DNA of 64,000 bases from assembly GCA_963740355.1 (NCBI GenBank), contig CAVUDW010000003.1:1824001-1888000 (forward strand), given 5' to 3'. The position numbers were made by a program, and so were the translations under genes. Of the stretch, positions 50,510 through 62,646 are shown one piece after another. Every line of letters starts with the position of its first letter. Within the stretch, counting starts at the first letter, position 1. The stretch comes from an uncultured Gemmatimonadaceae bacterium (GTDB lineage Bacteria > Gemmatimonadota > Gemmatimonadetes > Gemmatimonadales > Gemmatimonadaceae). The notes under the pieces were generated by a model. It was not told the origin of the DNA and did no database searches. It saw only the letters and a list, made by a program, of their open reading frames with translations.

Positions 50510-51202
50510 CTAGAAAGTCGCGCAGCTCGCCGGTGGCGTGGAATCGTTGGGGAATCGCGCGAGGCATGCACTGATGTCTCGCGCCACGCGCGACAACGCC
50601 GCATCGAGGCCGGTCACGAGACCGGCATAGTCACCTACGCGAAACGCCGCGCCACGATCGTCAGTGCTGCCTCGCACCATCACTGTACCGTCGAAGGGAC
50701 GGATGATGTCCCAGCCAGCCATCACGTGGACGCGACCATCGCGCGCCGCAGAGTCGGCGACGACGCCCTCGAAGCGCGTGACGTGCAGCTGCACCAGCAG
50801 GTCGTGCCGCACGCGCGCCGTCCATGGCGCGACGTCCACGGAGCGTATCCGTGGGGATCCCGCGAGATACGCGCCGACCGCGCGGTTGATGCCCTGATCG
50901 AGATCCCCGCCCCATCGGTGAAACTGCGAGACGATCAGCTCGTTTGCGCCGCGCCGCATCATGACGGAGGGCACGGACAGATACGACGCCATCTCGACGC
51001 GGCGCAGGCCGATACGGAATGCCTCGCCCCCCACCGAGGGCGCGCCGGCCGGGGGCGTCGGCAGTCCGCTCGCTGACCCTTCGCCGAGCGCGTACAACCG
51101 CAGCATTGGCGACTCGCGCGCGAGCTTGAAACAGCCGGTGAGCACGACGGGAACGACGAGCGTCAGCAAGCAGGCAATACGGGCGTGGGTTCGCATGGTC
51201 AT
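50510..51202 (-). CDS. PqiC-like ABC transport auxiliary lipoprotein
   Basis: Lipobox LTGC; YL...HRW; VTRFEG; last gene of the Mla-type operon. Confidence 0.8.
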   Translation of the reverse strand: MTMRTHARIACLLTLVVPVVLTGCFKLARESPMLRLYALGEGSASGLPTPPAGAPSVGGEAFRIGLRRVEMASYLSVPSVMMRRGANELIVSQFHRWGGDLDQGINRAVGAYLAGSPRIRSVDVAPWTARVRHDLLVQLHVTRFEGVVADSAARDGRVHVMAGWDIIRPFDGTVMVRGSTDDRGAAFRVGDYAGLVTGLDAALSRVARDISACLARFPNDSTPPASCATF

Positions 51203-51209
51203 CTCCGTC

Positions 51210-52199
51210 TCATCGGGACTGCGGCGGCTTCTTGCCGCGGAGCAGCATATCGGGATTCTGTTCAAGCGCGGTGATGAGGACCTTCAGTGCATCCGCGGCC
51301 TCGCGCAGACTCTTGAGCGCGCCGGTGAGCTCATAGCCAGGCCCGGTGTCGGCCGAGAGCAGTCCGTGTGTCTCGTCAAGCGTCGTGCGCAGCGCTTGCA
51401 GCGTGGCGATCGCCTCCGTGGACACACCCGTGACCTGGGTCTGCATCGGGTCGATCGCCTGCGTGGCGCGCTCGGCCAACTTCTGCGCCTCGGCCATCGT
51501 GCTGTTGAGCTGCGCCGTGGCGCCGGGCATCTGCCTCAGCGTTGCGCGCAGCTCGGGCAATTCGACCAGCTGCTGAACCGCTTTCGCCGATTTCACCACC
51601 GCCGCGTTGACCTCGCGCACGTTCACGTCACCGAGCATGCCATTCACCCGGTTCATGACCTTCATCACTTCGCCCAAGAGGCTGCCGGCACCGCCCCCGA
51701 TCGCCGCCATGAGCGACGGAGTGATCGGAATCTCTGGCCATGCGGTCTTTCTCTTCTCGAGCTTGGGCCGCGTGGAATCAGCCCGATAACTGAGCTCGAC
51801 GTACAGCACGCCTGTCACGAAGCTCTCCATCTGCAGCTGTGCGCGGAGCCCCTTCGCGACCTGTTGCCGAAGCACCAGCGTGTCGGACAGATCCACGAAC
51901 GTGCCGCGCGGCGTCGTGAGACGCGGCAGGTCGATCTCGTACTCGACGGGCACCTGGAACGAGTCGTCTAACCGGTCGATCTCGATGTTGATCGCCGTCA
52001 CGCGGCCGATCGGCACCCCCTGGAACTTCACGGGCGCACCGTTCGCAAGTCCGTTCACCGACTCGGGGAAGAAACTGATGAACGTCGTGCGATCCTGAAA
52101 CCAGGTCGGCGACGCGAGCACGAACGTACCGGCGATCGCGATCACCAGCCCACCAAGCAGAAAGAAACCGATGGCGGTCGGGTTGGCGCGCATGCTCAT
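51210..52199 (-). CDS. MlaD/MCE (PqiB-like) protein
   Basis: IGFFLLG TM; SVNGLANGAPVKFQGVPIGRV; GLRAQL; LEQNPDMLLRGK. Confidence 0.88.
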   Translation of the reverse strand: MSMRANPTAIGFFLLGGLVIAIAGTFVLASPTWFQDRTTFISFFPESVNGLANGAPVKFQGVPIGRVTAINIEIDRLDDSFQVPVEYEIDLPRLTTPRGTFVDLSDTLVLRQQVAKGLRAQLQMESFVTGVLYVELSYRADSTRPKLEKRKTAWPEIPITPSLMAAIGGGAGSLLGEVMKVMNRVNGMLGDVNVREVNAAVVKSAKAVQQLVELPELRATLRQMPGATAQLNSTMAEAQKLAERATQAIDPMQTQVTGVSTEAIATLQALRTTLDETHGLLSADTGPGYELTGALKSLREAADALKVLITALEQNPDMLLRGKKPPQSR

Positions 52200-52960
52200 G
52201 AAGCACCTTTGCTGCTACGGGTAAGAAATTGATGCACCTGCGCGTTGGGCGGATGGTCGCGCAGCTCCGCCGGCGGGCCGAGAGCCGTCGCGGTTTTCGT
52301 GTCGATATCGAGGAACAGCGCCCGGTCCGCGACGCGAAAGATGCTGTCGAGATCGTGTGTCACGATCACGATGGTCGTGCCGAAGCTTGCCTTGAGCTCC
52401 AGAATCAGGTCGTCCAGCCGACTCGCGCTGATCGGGTCGAGCCCCGACGACGGCTCGTCGAAGAAGAGCACGTCGGGATCGAGTGCGATGGCACGTGCCA
52501 GCGCGGCACGCTTGCGCATGCCACCGCTGATGGCCGACGGATAAAAATCCTCGAAGCCGCGCAGTCCCACGAGCGCGAGCTTGAACGACACGGTTTCGGC
52601 GATCGCCCGCGCATCGAGCTCCGTGAATTCCTCCAGCGGCAGCGCAACGTTCTCGGCCAGTGTGAGCCCGCTCCAGAGCGCACCGTTCTGGTACAGCACA
52701 CCGATGCGGCGCAGCACGCGGCTGCGCGCCGTGTCGTCGGTGATGTCGAACGCCTTGCCCTCGAACAGGATCGACCCCTGTGCGGGTGACTTGAGACCGA
52801 TGAGATGCTTGAGCAGCGTGCTCTTGCCACTGCCGCTGCCGCCCATGAGCACGAACACCTCGCCGCGCGCCACGGTGAAATTGATGTCCTGCATGATGAT
52901 GCGATCGCCGTATGTCATGGTCAGGTCGCGGACCTCGATTGCCGGCGTTTCGTCGCTCAT
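52196..52960 (-). CDS. MlaF-like ABC ATP-binding protein
   Basis: GGSGSGKS, ISGGMRKRAALARA, FFDEPSSGLDP, VTHDL. Confidence 0.9.
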   Translation of the reverse strand: MSDETPAIEVRDLTMTYGDRIIMQDINFTVARGEVFVLMGGSGSGKSTLLKHLIGLKSPAQGSILFEGKAFDITDDTARSRVLRRIGVLYQNGALWSGLTLAENVALPLEEFTELDARAIAETVSFKLALVGLRGFEDFYPSAISGGMRKRAALARAIALDPDVLFFDEPSSGLDPISASRLDDLILELKASFGTTIVIVTHDLDSIFRVADRALFLDIDTKTATALGPPAELRDHPPNAQVHQFLTRSSKGAS

Positions 52961-54108
52961 ACTTTGAGCAGGGCCGCGAGCCAGTCGATGACCGCGTTGG
53001 CCGCGATGATAAGCGTGATGCCGAGGACGACGGCGGCGGTTGCGGCGCGCCCGACGGCACTCGCGTCGGAACCGCCCTGCAGGCCTTTCATGCACCCCGC
53101 AAAGCCAACGATCAGTCCGAAGACGGTGCCCTTCAGGAGGCCGAGGAGTGCATCGGAGATCGTGACAGCTGCCAGCAAACCGTTCATGAACTGCGTGTAC
53201 GACAACTCGAGCAGCGCCCGCGACACGAGCATGCCACCCGCAATGCCGACGAAATCGGCGTAGAGCGTGAGCAGGGGCATCATCAGGAACAGCCCCAGGA
53301 TGCGGGGCAGCACGAGATGGTCGATCGGCGACACACCAAGCGTCGTGTAGGCGTCGATCTCCTCGGTGACCTTCATGGTGCCCAATTCGGCCGCGAAGGC
53401 CGCACCGGTGCGGCCGGCGATGATGATACCCGTCATCAGCGCCGCCATTTCACGCAGCATCCCGAAGCCGACGAGATAGGAAACGTAGTAGCCCGCGCCA
53501 AACCGCTCGAGCACCACCACGCCGAGAAAGGCGATGATCACACCGATGAGCAGCGCGATCAGCGTCACGATCGGGAGTGCCCCCGAACTGTTGATCTGCA
53601 CCACGACCCAGAACTGGCGCCACCGCATGTGGTTGCTGCGCGTGAACAGCCTCGCGAAGGACAGCGCGACTTCGCCGACGAAGGTGATCGTGGTCACTAC
53701 GCTGCGCGACGCGCCGAGCACCGCGGTGCCGAGACGGGTCACGAACCACGCGCGCGGGGGCGGATCGGGCTGCACGTTGTCGGGGACCGCATTCGCGAGC
53801 GCAAGGAGCCGCTCAGTCCGTTCAGGGAGCCCAGTGCGGTCACACTCGAGCCCGTGTTCGTCGCAGTAGCGCTGACACTGCACCAGGAAGATCAGGAGAC
53901 TGCTGTCCCATGGTCCGAGCTCCGTGGCATCGAACGTCAGCCTGCGAAGCCCTGGCTCTCCGATTGCGCTACTGCCGACGAGCGCGTCGAAACGTGGCTG
54001 AGCCTGCTCGAGCGACCAAGCGCCACCGATCACGACGACCAGCGAGTTGCCCTCCGTCCGGAGCGCGGCGTGAGCAGCATCCATCACGCTGGCCTCGGTG
54101 CGGTGCAT
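52957..54108 (-). CDS. MlaE-like ABC permease with N-terminal STAS-like domain
   Basis: AGRTGAAFAAELGTMKVTEEIDA, LVLPR, SAVGRA. Start uncertain (54084-54141). Confidence 0.88.
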   Translation of the reverse strand: MHRTEASVMDAAHAALRTEGNSLVVVIGGAWSLEQAQPRFDALVGSSAIGEPGLRRLTFDATELGPWDSSLLIFLVQCQRYCDEHGLECDRTGLPERTERLLALANAVPDNVQPDPPPRAWFVTRLGTAVLGASRSVVTTITFVGEVALSFARLFTRSNHMRWRQFWVVVQINSSGALPIVTLIALLIGVIIAFLGVVVLERFGAGYYVSYLVGFGMLREMAALMTGIIIAGRTGAAFAAELGTMKVTEEIDAYTTLGVSPIDHLVLPRILGLFLMMPLLTLYADFVGIAGGMLVSRALLELSYTQFMNGLLAAVTISDALLGLLKGTVFGLIVGFAGCMKGLQGGSDASAVGRAATAAVVLGITLIIAANAVIDWLAALLKV

Positions 54109-54262
54109 GCTCTCCCTTTTCGATGATATGACGCGAGCCAAAAAACTGTCTGCCGATGATACGGCGCGAGCCGAAAACTGTCGTGCTGGCGGGGGTGTGC
54201 GCCCGATATCACGGGCAAGTTACTACCGAGTTCGAGCGTGCGGCCGCACGGCCGCCGACACC

Positions 54263-54358
54263 GGCAATTCCGGTGACAGTGCACTCATTGGCAATTCCGG
54301 TGACAGTGCACTCGTTGTGTAACAATGAGTGCACTGTCACCGGAATCACACCGGAATC
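54263..54358. repeat. REP-like element: two direct 27-nt units plus one inverted copy
   Basis: GGCAATTCCGGTGACAGTGCACTCRTT at 54263 and 54290; inverted CAATGAGTGCACTGTCACCGGAAT at 54323-54346. Confidence 0.85.
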
Positions 54359-56186
54359 ACCGACCTGACCAGAGCACCTGGTAGTCACGGTTGGCCGCTT
54401 CCTTCGCCTTGAAGTCCTTCAGCGCCGTGCGCAGCGCCGACGCGAAGTCGGCGGTGCGCATGACTTCGCGCAGCACGGCCGGTGTGACGGCCTCGTTCTT
54501 CTTCAGCGGTCGGCCGGCGCCCGTGATCGTACCGGTGACGAACTTCGTCGCGGCGGAGTGACCGTTGGGTGCACCGATCATCTCGAAGGCGAGCGTCGGA
54601 ATCATGCTCCCTCCATCCTTCTCGCTCAGTTCGAGATCGAGCGTGACCTTGAGCAGCGTGTTGGCGCCAGTCTCACGCATGATCCGCGAGTCCACCCGAT
54701 TCCAGCCGTAACCCACGGACACTGGCAGGACAGCCGAGAGCAGGGTCGTGCCCTTGTAGCTATGCGTGAACTGCACGTCGGTGGTCTCGTCGTCCTTTGA
54801 GAAAGGCGACAGCGACTGATACGCCGGCGAGGCGACGACCTTGTCGATTGGAAGCATGGTTGCGCCAAGCTCCGATACGAACACTGGGCTCAGCGCATCG
54901 TACAGTTCTCCCAGCGCCACGTCCCACACCGCGTCCGGCAACTGCGGGAATCGCAGCGTGCGCGTTTCGGTGGTGCGGGTGGTGGCGGTGCTGGTCGTGC
55001 GGCTCTTGCTCAGGTACGTCTTGCCACGCACCGCGAACGACAGCACCGCGATGCTCGTGGCCTGTGTGATCGGGCGTGACGCGAATGCACCCGGCTTGAA
55101 CAGCGAGTACTCCAGCTTCCCGCCGGGCAGTGATAGCTCGGCCTTCGTCGTGATCCCGGTGTTCATGTCGGCCGACGGCGAGGCGCGGAACATGCGCCCA
55201 TCGCTCTCCGAGGTCATGATCTGCAGGCCGGCGAATGCGCCAGTCGCTTCGAGCGCAGTTTCCCAGCGCTCACGACTCACCAGCAGGTAGCTGTCGTTGA
55301 GGTTCGCTCCGGCCTTCACGTTGCCTGGTGCGATGTTCAGGTTCCGGAAGGCCGCCGCCGGCACCGTCACCGTTGCGCCGGGCTTCACGTAATACGCATC
55401 GTAGAATTCGCGCAGGCCGAGCACACTCGTGATGACCTTCACGACGATTGGGGACGTATCCGCAGCCGTCACACCGGCGAGCTGGATCGTGACATCCTTC
55501 GTCACGTCGATCGTCTCGGGATTGGCCTGTCCGTTGATGGTGACGACGCGCAGTGTGCCGTGCGGCGCCGGAATCGTGAAGCCCGCCTTTTGCCCCGTCG
55601 TCGTGGTGACCTCGACTCGGCGGGTTCCCTTGGTTGCCGGTGCCAATGCCGAGTAGACGCCCATTGTCGCATAGTCGGCCGTGCGACCGTCCACCGTCAC
55701 GGTGCCGTCGATCTTCGACATCATGCCGCCCGTGCGCTGTGTGAAGTTCACGGTCACCATGTCGCCGCCGCCGTCGCCCCAGTTGGGAATGATCTTCGTT
55801 CCCATGGTACCGAGCGACTTCGGCCAGGTGTTCGAGACGCGATAGACAAGCGGCACGACGGTGCTGAGGTCGGCGGTGCTACCCGTCATGACATTGCCGG
55901 CGACCGAGGCGATCGTGCCAACGACGCGGCTCGTCGCGCCACTTACCATCCCGCCCAGTGAAAAGCCCCGCTTTCGGGGAGCAGCTGCCGGTGTGGTTGT
56001 GGTGTCGCCATTTGCCTTGGCGGTACTGTCCGCGCGGGCCTTGACGACGCTGTCGGCGCGCGCCTTGGCCAGTGATGCGCTGTCAGGCTTGGAGCCGCGG
56101 CCGAAACGACCGAGCTGCGCGTGGGCGTCCGCAGGGGCCGCGGAGCAGACGAGCGCCGCGGCGAGGAGCAGTTTCCGTGATGTCAT
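54357..56186 (-). CDS. Hypothetical secreted protein
   Basis: 609-aa ORF with signal peptide and host-like codon usage; family not recognised. Confidence 0.7.
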   Translation of the reverse strand: MTSRKLLLAAALVCSAAPADAHAQLGRFGRGSKPDSASLAKARADSVVKARADSTAKANGDTTTTPAAAPRKRGFSLGGMVSGATSRVVGTIASVAGNVMTGSTADLSTVVPLVYRVSNTWPKSLGTMGTKIIPNWGDGGGDMVTVNFTQRTGGMMSKIDGTVTVDGRTADYATMGVYSALAPATKGTRRVEVTTTTGQKAGFTIPAPHGTLRVVTINGQANPETIDVTKDVTIQLAGVTAADTSPIVVKVITSVLGLREFYDAYYVKPGATVTVPAAAFRNLNIAPGNVKAGANLNDSYLLVSRERWETALEATGAFAGLQIMTSESDGRMFRASPSADMNTGITTKAELSLPGGKLEYSLFKPGAFASRPITQATSIAVLSFAVRGKTYLSKSRTTSTATTRTTETRTLRFPQLPDAVWDVALGELYDALSPVFVSELGATMLPIDKVVASPAYQSLSPFSKDDETTDVQFTHSYKGTTLLSAVLPVSVGYGWNRVDSRIMRETGANTLLKVTLDLELSEKDGGSMIPTLAFEMIGAPNGHSAATKFVTGTITGAGRPLKKNEAVTPAVLREVMRTADFASALRTALKDFKAKEAANRDYQVLWSGR

Positions 56187-56591
56187 GACGTGGCGATGAG
56201 GTGTGCAGTCGTCCCGAGAGGACGCTCACGAATCATGCCCGTCAACACGCCAGCGGTCCGCAGGCTGCACATCGGCAGTCGGGCGAGAGGAGCGGGATGG
56301 AGACCGGCGACACGCGAACGCGTACGTCATAACACATAGTCGCGTTCTGTAACCGGCTGCATCCTCCGAACGGGTGAGGCGGAGCGGCGAGGCAACCTGC
56401 GTGATCTCCCAAGGAGGCGACGGCGGCACCGGCACTGAGACAGCCCCCAGTGCAGCTTGGCTCGACCGAGGGCGCCACTTCACGCGAGTACGACTTCGGC
56501 GATTCGTGCTCATGGCGGCAGTATCAGGGGACGCTACGCGAGGTAATCGCGCCGTGCTCGCGCCGATGTCGCCGCCGGCTCCCAGCCGCAC

Positions 56592-57983
56592 TCACGGCAC
56601 CGGACTGCCCGCCTTTGCCGGAACGCCGCCGCGTTGCAGCGCGGGAAACATCTCCGCGATCCCGTCGACGATAGCCGTCTCGGCACAGCCCGGCTTGAGG
56701 GTCGACGATAAGACCTCGAAGATGTTGAAGCCGAATGCCGCGTCGTTCGGGATGTAGCCGGATCGCGCCCACCCGTTCGTCAGCGTCGCCATCATCGTGT
56801 GCGCGTACGGTGACTGCCGCTTCAGGCGCTGCGCGACAAGGTTGAACACCTCGGCGTTCACTCCGCCGATCGCGACATCGCCGATCATCATCAGGCTGAG
56901 TCGTATCTCGATCGGCGCCGCATCCTTGTACGTGCCCGGAAAACCGGCCCGGCCGGAGTCAGTTCGTTCGCGACCCGGGCACACCACGGTCCGCTGATCG
57001 GCGTAGAGTGGTGCAGTTGGAACCGCCGCCTTGATGCCGCGCATCACGTGCAGCACTTCCTCTCCGAGCATCTGGCCCATCGACACCACCATCTGTCGCT
57101 GCTGCGACATCAGCTTCGCAACGCGGGCGTTGTTGCGATCCAACCCCTGGCCACCTGGCGGCATCGCGTTGCTGATGTCGACGCCACGCGCGGCATACTC
57201 CTTGATCCGGATGTCGCGCAGCTCGTACGTCTGGTTGAAGAACACCGGGTTCTGGTCACCTGCTGCACCCTCCGACCAGAGCGCGACCACGCGATCGTCG
57301 AAGTTGTCCTCGATGTATCGGGACGTGGCGCCCGGCGCATCGCCGCTCACTTGATCGAGAGCACCCGCGAGTACGGCGTGCATGGCGTAGTTGTAGTACA
57401 CGGCGATCGGCACACCAGCGGGCGTCTCGACCGTGATCACGGCCACCGTCTTGTCGGATGGACCGTCGTAGTTCGGGCCTTCCCACCATCGGTGCGTGGT
57501 GGGGTCGATGATGTTGCGATTGACGTTCAGGTACGAAACGCCGGTGCCGTAGCCGACACGCGCCGGCTGCAGCCTCCCGCTCGCCAGTTCGACCGCCGCC
57601 ACGATCTTGTCCGCCAGCGCGGGAATCGGCGTGTTCCACGGTACGCTGTGCGAATGTGTGGCGGTGATGAACACATTGCGCGCCGGAATGCCGAGCTTCG
57701 CTGACAACGGCGCGGTCACCGCACGCCAGAGCGGGTCGGGGATCCCGCCGGCGTCCACCGTGATCAGCGCCATCCGCTGCGCACCGTCGTCGACGACCAA
57801 CGCCCGCGCGAAGATGCGATCGAGCACACCGAGGTATCCTTTCGGCAGCTCAGCCGCCGACGGTGTGACATCCACCTTGGCAGCACCGGCGCGGAATACG
57901 CTTCCGGCTGGCGTCTGGCTGCCGAGCCGTGTTGCTGGCATGATCAGCAGCGCAGTGACCAGCACGGCGAGTTTGACGCTCAT
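56592..57983 (-). CDS. Neutral/alkaline ceramidase-like protein
   Basis: RAGAAKVDVTP, DRIFARALVVDDG, ATHSHS, NYAMH, GAAGDQNP. Confidence 0.8.
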   Translation of the reverse strand: MSVKLAVLVTALLIMPATRLGSQTPAGSVFRAGAAKVDVTPSAAELPKGYLGVLDRIFARALVVDDGAQRMALITVDAGGIPDPLWRAVTAPLSAKLGIPARNVFITATHSHSVPWNTPIPALADKIVAAVELASGRLQPARVGYGTGVSYLNVNRNIIDPTTHRWWEGPNYDGPSDKTVAVITVETPAGVPIAVYYNYAMHAVLAGALDQVSGDAPGATSRYIEDNFDDRVVALWSEGAAGDQNPVFFNQTYELRDIRIKEYAARGVDISNAMPPGGQGLDRNNARVAKLMSQQRQMVVSMGQMLGEEVLHVMRGIKAAVPTAPLYADQRTVVCPGRERTDSGRAGFPGTYKDAAPIEIRLSLMMIGDVAIGGVNAEVFNLVAQRLKRQSPYAHTMMATLTNGWARSGYIPNDAAFGFNIFEVLSSTLKPGCAETAIVDGIAEMFPALQRGGVPAKAGSPVP

Positions 57984-58103
57984 GGACGCTCTCCGGAGGT
58001 GCGCGGTGGCGGGCACGTCACGCGCTTGGTTACGTGGCGTGTGCGCGTGAACAATACCACGGGAAGCGCCTGTCGGTCGTGGCGTGCAGCGCGCCAGGCT
58101 CGG

Positions 58104-58709
58104 TCACGGCGCCGCGGAATCACTCCGCGTGATGGTTTCCGACAGTCGCGCCCAGGGTACGCCGAGTACGGTCACCTGCGCTTGATTGTCCACGGTGCGA
58201 GCATCGGCGTTGAGCGTCAGCCATTGCTCCATGTACACCGCTGGATGCCGCAGCAGATAGCGCAGATGGAACCGCGCGCCATTCGTCTCGGCCTGCACCT
58301 CGCCTTTCGCATCGCTGAGGGTCGCAGTGAAATGCGTCGCATCAACACGCCGCAGGTACCACACGCGCGTCTCGATGCTGCTGTCGCCAAAGGTGATCGT
58401 CTGATCGAGTCGAAAGCGACCATCGGTTTCGGTGCGACCGACTCCCTCGACACGCAAAGGTCGGTCGGTGCCGATGCGGACATCCAACCGGCCTTCGCCA
58501 TGCGTGTGTCCGGCGAAGAACTGCGTCGGATCGAAGATCGGCTGCGCAGCCGGCGCTGAGCGCGGCGGCAGGCTTGCAAGGCATCCGGCGAGCAATAACG
58601 CCAGCCCCACCGGAGCGACAAGCCGAGCTGCGCGCCGGCGAGAATCGCGGCACGAAATCGGATCGTCGCACCGACGTCGAGCTCCTGCGGGGAGCGAAGG
58701 TCGCTCCAT
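58104..58709 (-). CDS. DUF3833-like lipoprotein (true start probably downstream of 58709)
   Basis: Lipobox LAGC; FDPTQFFAG, LSDAKGEV, MEQWL, LSETI. Confidence 0.65.
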   Translation of the reverse strand: MERPSLPAGARRRCDDPISCRDSRRRAARLVAPVGLALLLAGCLASLPPRSAPAAQPIFDPTQFFAGHTHGEGRLDVRIGTDRPLRVEGVGRTETDGRFRLDQTITFGDSSIETRVWYLRRVDATHFTATLSDAKGEVQAETNGARFHLRYLLRHPAVYMEQWLTLNADARTVDNQAQVTVLGVPWARLSETITRSDSAAP

Positions 58710-58756
58710 CGGATCGCGACCTCCGAGCGAGCTGGGAGCGTGCTGTCGCAGCGCGG

Positions 58757-59059
58757 CTACGCCGGCAACTTTGATGCGAGCACGTCGGCGGAGAGGAGCC
58801 GCGGCGGGCTCGCCAGCAGTTCGTCTGCCGACGCCATCAGCGCGGCCGCGATCGGCCCCTGCAAATGTGCCTGACGACCGGCATCGGTCGGGAACGCATC
58901 GACGATCCAGAACGTGGTCGGGCTCGTACGGAGTGCGAACCAGGCGGTCGTCGCGGGTTCGGCCTGCGCGAGCGGCAGTGCAGACGCGAGGAATGCGGCG
59001 AGCTTGTCAGCCGTCTCGGCTTTCGCCTCGAGTTCAACGACCAGTGCAACCGTGACCAT
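58757..59059 (-). CDS. Antibiotic biosynthesis monooxygenase-family protein
   Basis: AEPATTAWFA, IVDAF, GRQAHLQGPIAAALM, DVLASK. Confidence 0.8.
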   Translation of the reverse strand: MVTVALVVELEAKAETADKLAAFLASALPLAQAEPATTAWFALRTSPTTFWIVDAFPTDAGRQAHLQGPIAAALMASADELLASPPRLLSADVLASKLPA

Positions 59060-59343
59060 GAATACTCCGGTGGATAACGCCATCTCCGCGCGAGACTGAG
59101 TATGAGGCGGAGAGGGCTAGTTGTGTCGGGTGCCGTGATGCGCGAGGAGCATGCGATCACGCGCGGCAAGGAACACTGCGGACGAACGTGGAGCATTGCG
59201 TCGCTGGTGCTCCTCACATGAAGTCGCGAGACACCAGTCCGTTCCACGCAATCGTCGCAGCAGATGAGGCGCGACATACAGCTGAGTCGGCTGTGGAGAG
59301 GCCTCGCCAACGCCGGAAGAACGGCGCGAGCCGACCCGGAGCG

Positions 59344-60351
59344 CTATTCGATGCGGTACAACCAGCCCATGTATCGCACCCACACCGCGCCATCTGCAGT
59401 CGTGAGATAGCGGTTGTCGGCGAATCCGATGCGCGCATCGTTTCGCTTCTGGTCAGTCGTCGAGAAATGCATCGTACGCGCGCCGATCGTCAGACCATAC
59501 TGCACGATTGATCGAAATTTGTAGTTCGGATAATCGAGTTCCCTTCCGCCGTCGAGCACCTCTTCCTCATGAAGCCTGACTGTCCCGTCCGTGATCGTGA
59601 ATTCGGCTCCCCCAGCGGTGGTATCGGCCGCAGGATTCATGGATGGACGCAGTGCGGGAAAGCGATCCCGGTATGGAGCAATATCTTCCTCCGCATACGT
59701 GAGCGGCGTCCACAGCGTGCGCTTCCCCACCGGCCCCGCGACATAGACAAACAATTTGCCGCTGGGCCACACCAGCCAATGGCAGTCCGTGCACTTTGCC
59801 ATCGCCGCATCGAACAACTTCATGTACGCCGGGATGTATTCATCGCGCGTCATCAGCTCGATGTCTTCCTTCGTCTGAAAATGCTGCTCGTGCCAGACCG
59901 GAATGTTTTCTGCGATCTTCAGCGTGGCAGTGTTGATCACGATGAAGTAGTCGCCTGAGTAGAACATCAACTCGTTGCCGAGCAATCCCATGGATGAGCC
60001 CCACGCATCATCCATGTCTTTCAGCTCGAGATGGCGCAGCACCTTTCCCCTGGAGTCGAGCTCGAAAATTCGGGCATCGATTCGCTCGGGTGGCCGCGGG
60101 TCATCCGGGTTGCGCTTGCCGAACGCCTTGTACGCCAACGCGTACAGATGCTGTTTGTCGGGCGCGATGAAGAACGTCTTCATCTGAAACCCGTCCGGGA
60201 GCTCGACATGCTCGAACCTGAGACCGGCAACATCCGTTTCCGGGAAGCGCTGGTACGGCTGAGAAGGAGCCTTATCCGGCTCCTTGCGGCCGCCAACGCA
60301 GCTGGCGAGAAACGTGAGCAGGGACATGGCGACCAGTGCGGGTTTCAGCAT
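59344..60351 (-). CDS. Hypothetical lipoprotein
   Basis: Lipobox LASC; 335-aa ORF with somewhat lower GC. Confidence 0.7.
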   Translation of the reverse strand: MLKPALVAMSLLTFLASCVGGRKEPDKAPSQPYQRFPETDVAGLRFEHVELPDGFQMKTFFIAPDKQHLYALAYKAFGKRNPDDPRPPERIDARIFELDSRGKVLRHLELKDMDDAWGSSMGLLGNELMFYSGDYFIVINTATLKIAENIPVWHEQHFQTKEDIELMTRDEYIPAYMKLFDAAMAKCTDCHWLVWPSGKLFVYVAGPVGKRTLWTPLTYAEEDIAPYRDRFPALRPSMNPAADTTAGGAEFTITDGTVRLHEEEVLDGGRELDYPNYKFRSIVQYGLTIGARTMHFSTTDQKRNDARIGFADNRYLTTADGAVWVRYMGWLYRIE

Positions 60352-60638
60352 GTCGCAAGCTCCGTGCGGTCACGGTGCTGCGCAACATGACGCGGACGAT
60401 TGATTACAAATCTGGCGGCGATGAGCGTTCGCTTCGTCATCCGTCAGAAACCTGATGTATGGTGCGCGAGATGCACGACTCGAGGTCGCCCGCGCATTCG
60501 GTATCGCCGCCAATGCCGACGTGCTGCTCATCATTGCGCTGTCGGCCGATCGAACGGTGGACTTGGCTCTCGTGGGTCGGCTCATGCGGCGCGCTCCACA
60601 GAACCGCCGGTGACCGCCGGCCTTTCTCGGTCCAACGC

Positions 60639-62642
<2,004 letters not shown>

Positions 62643-62646
<4 letters not shown>

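Noticed and set aside
54263..54358. CRISPR array
   Set aside because: Units are adjacent without spacers, one is inverted, and no cas genes are present.
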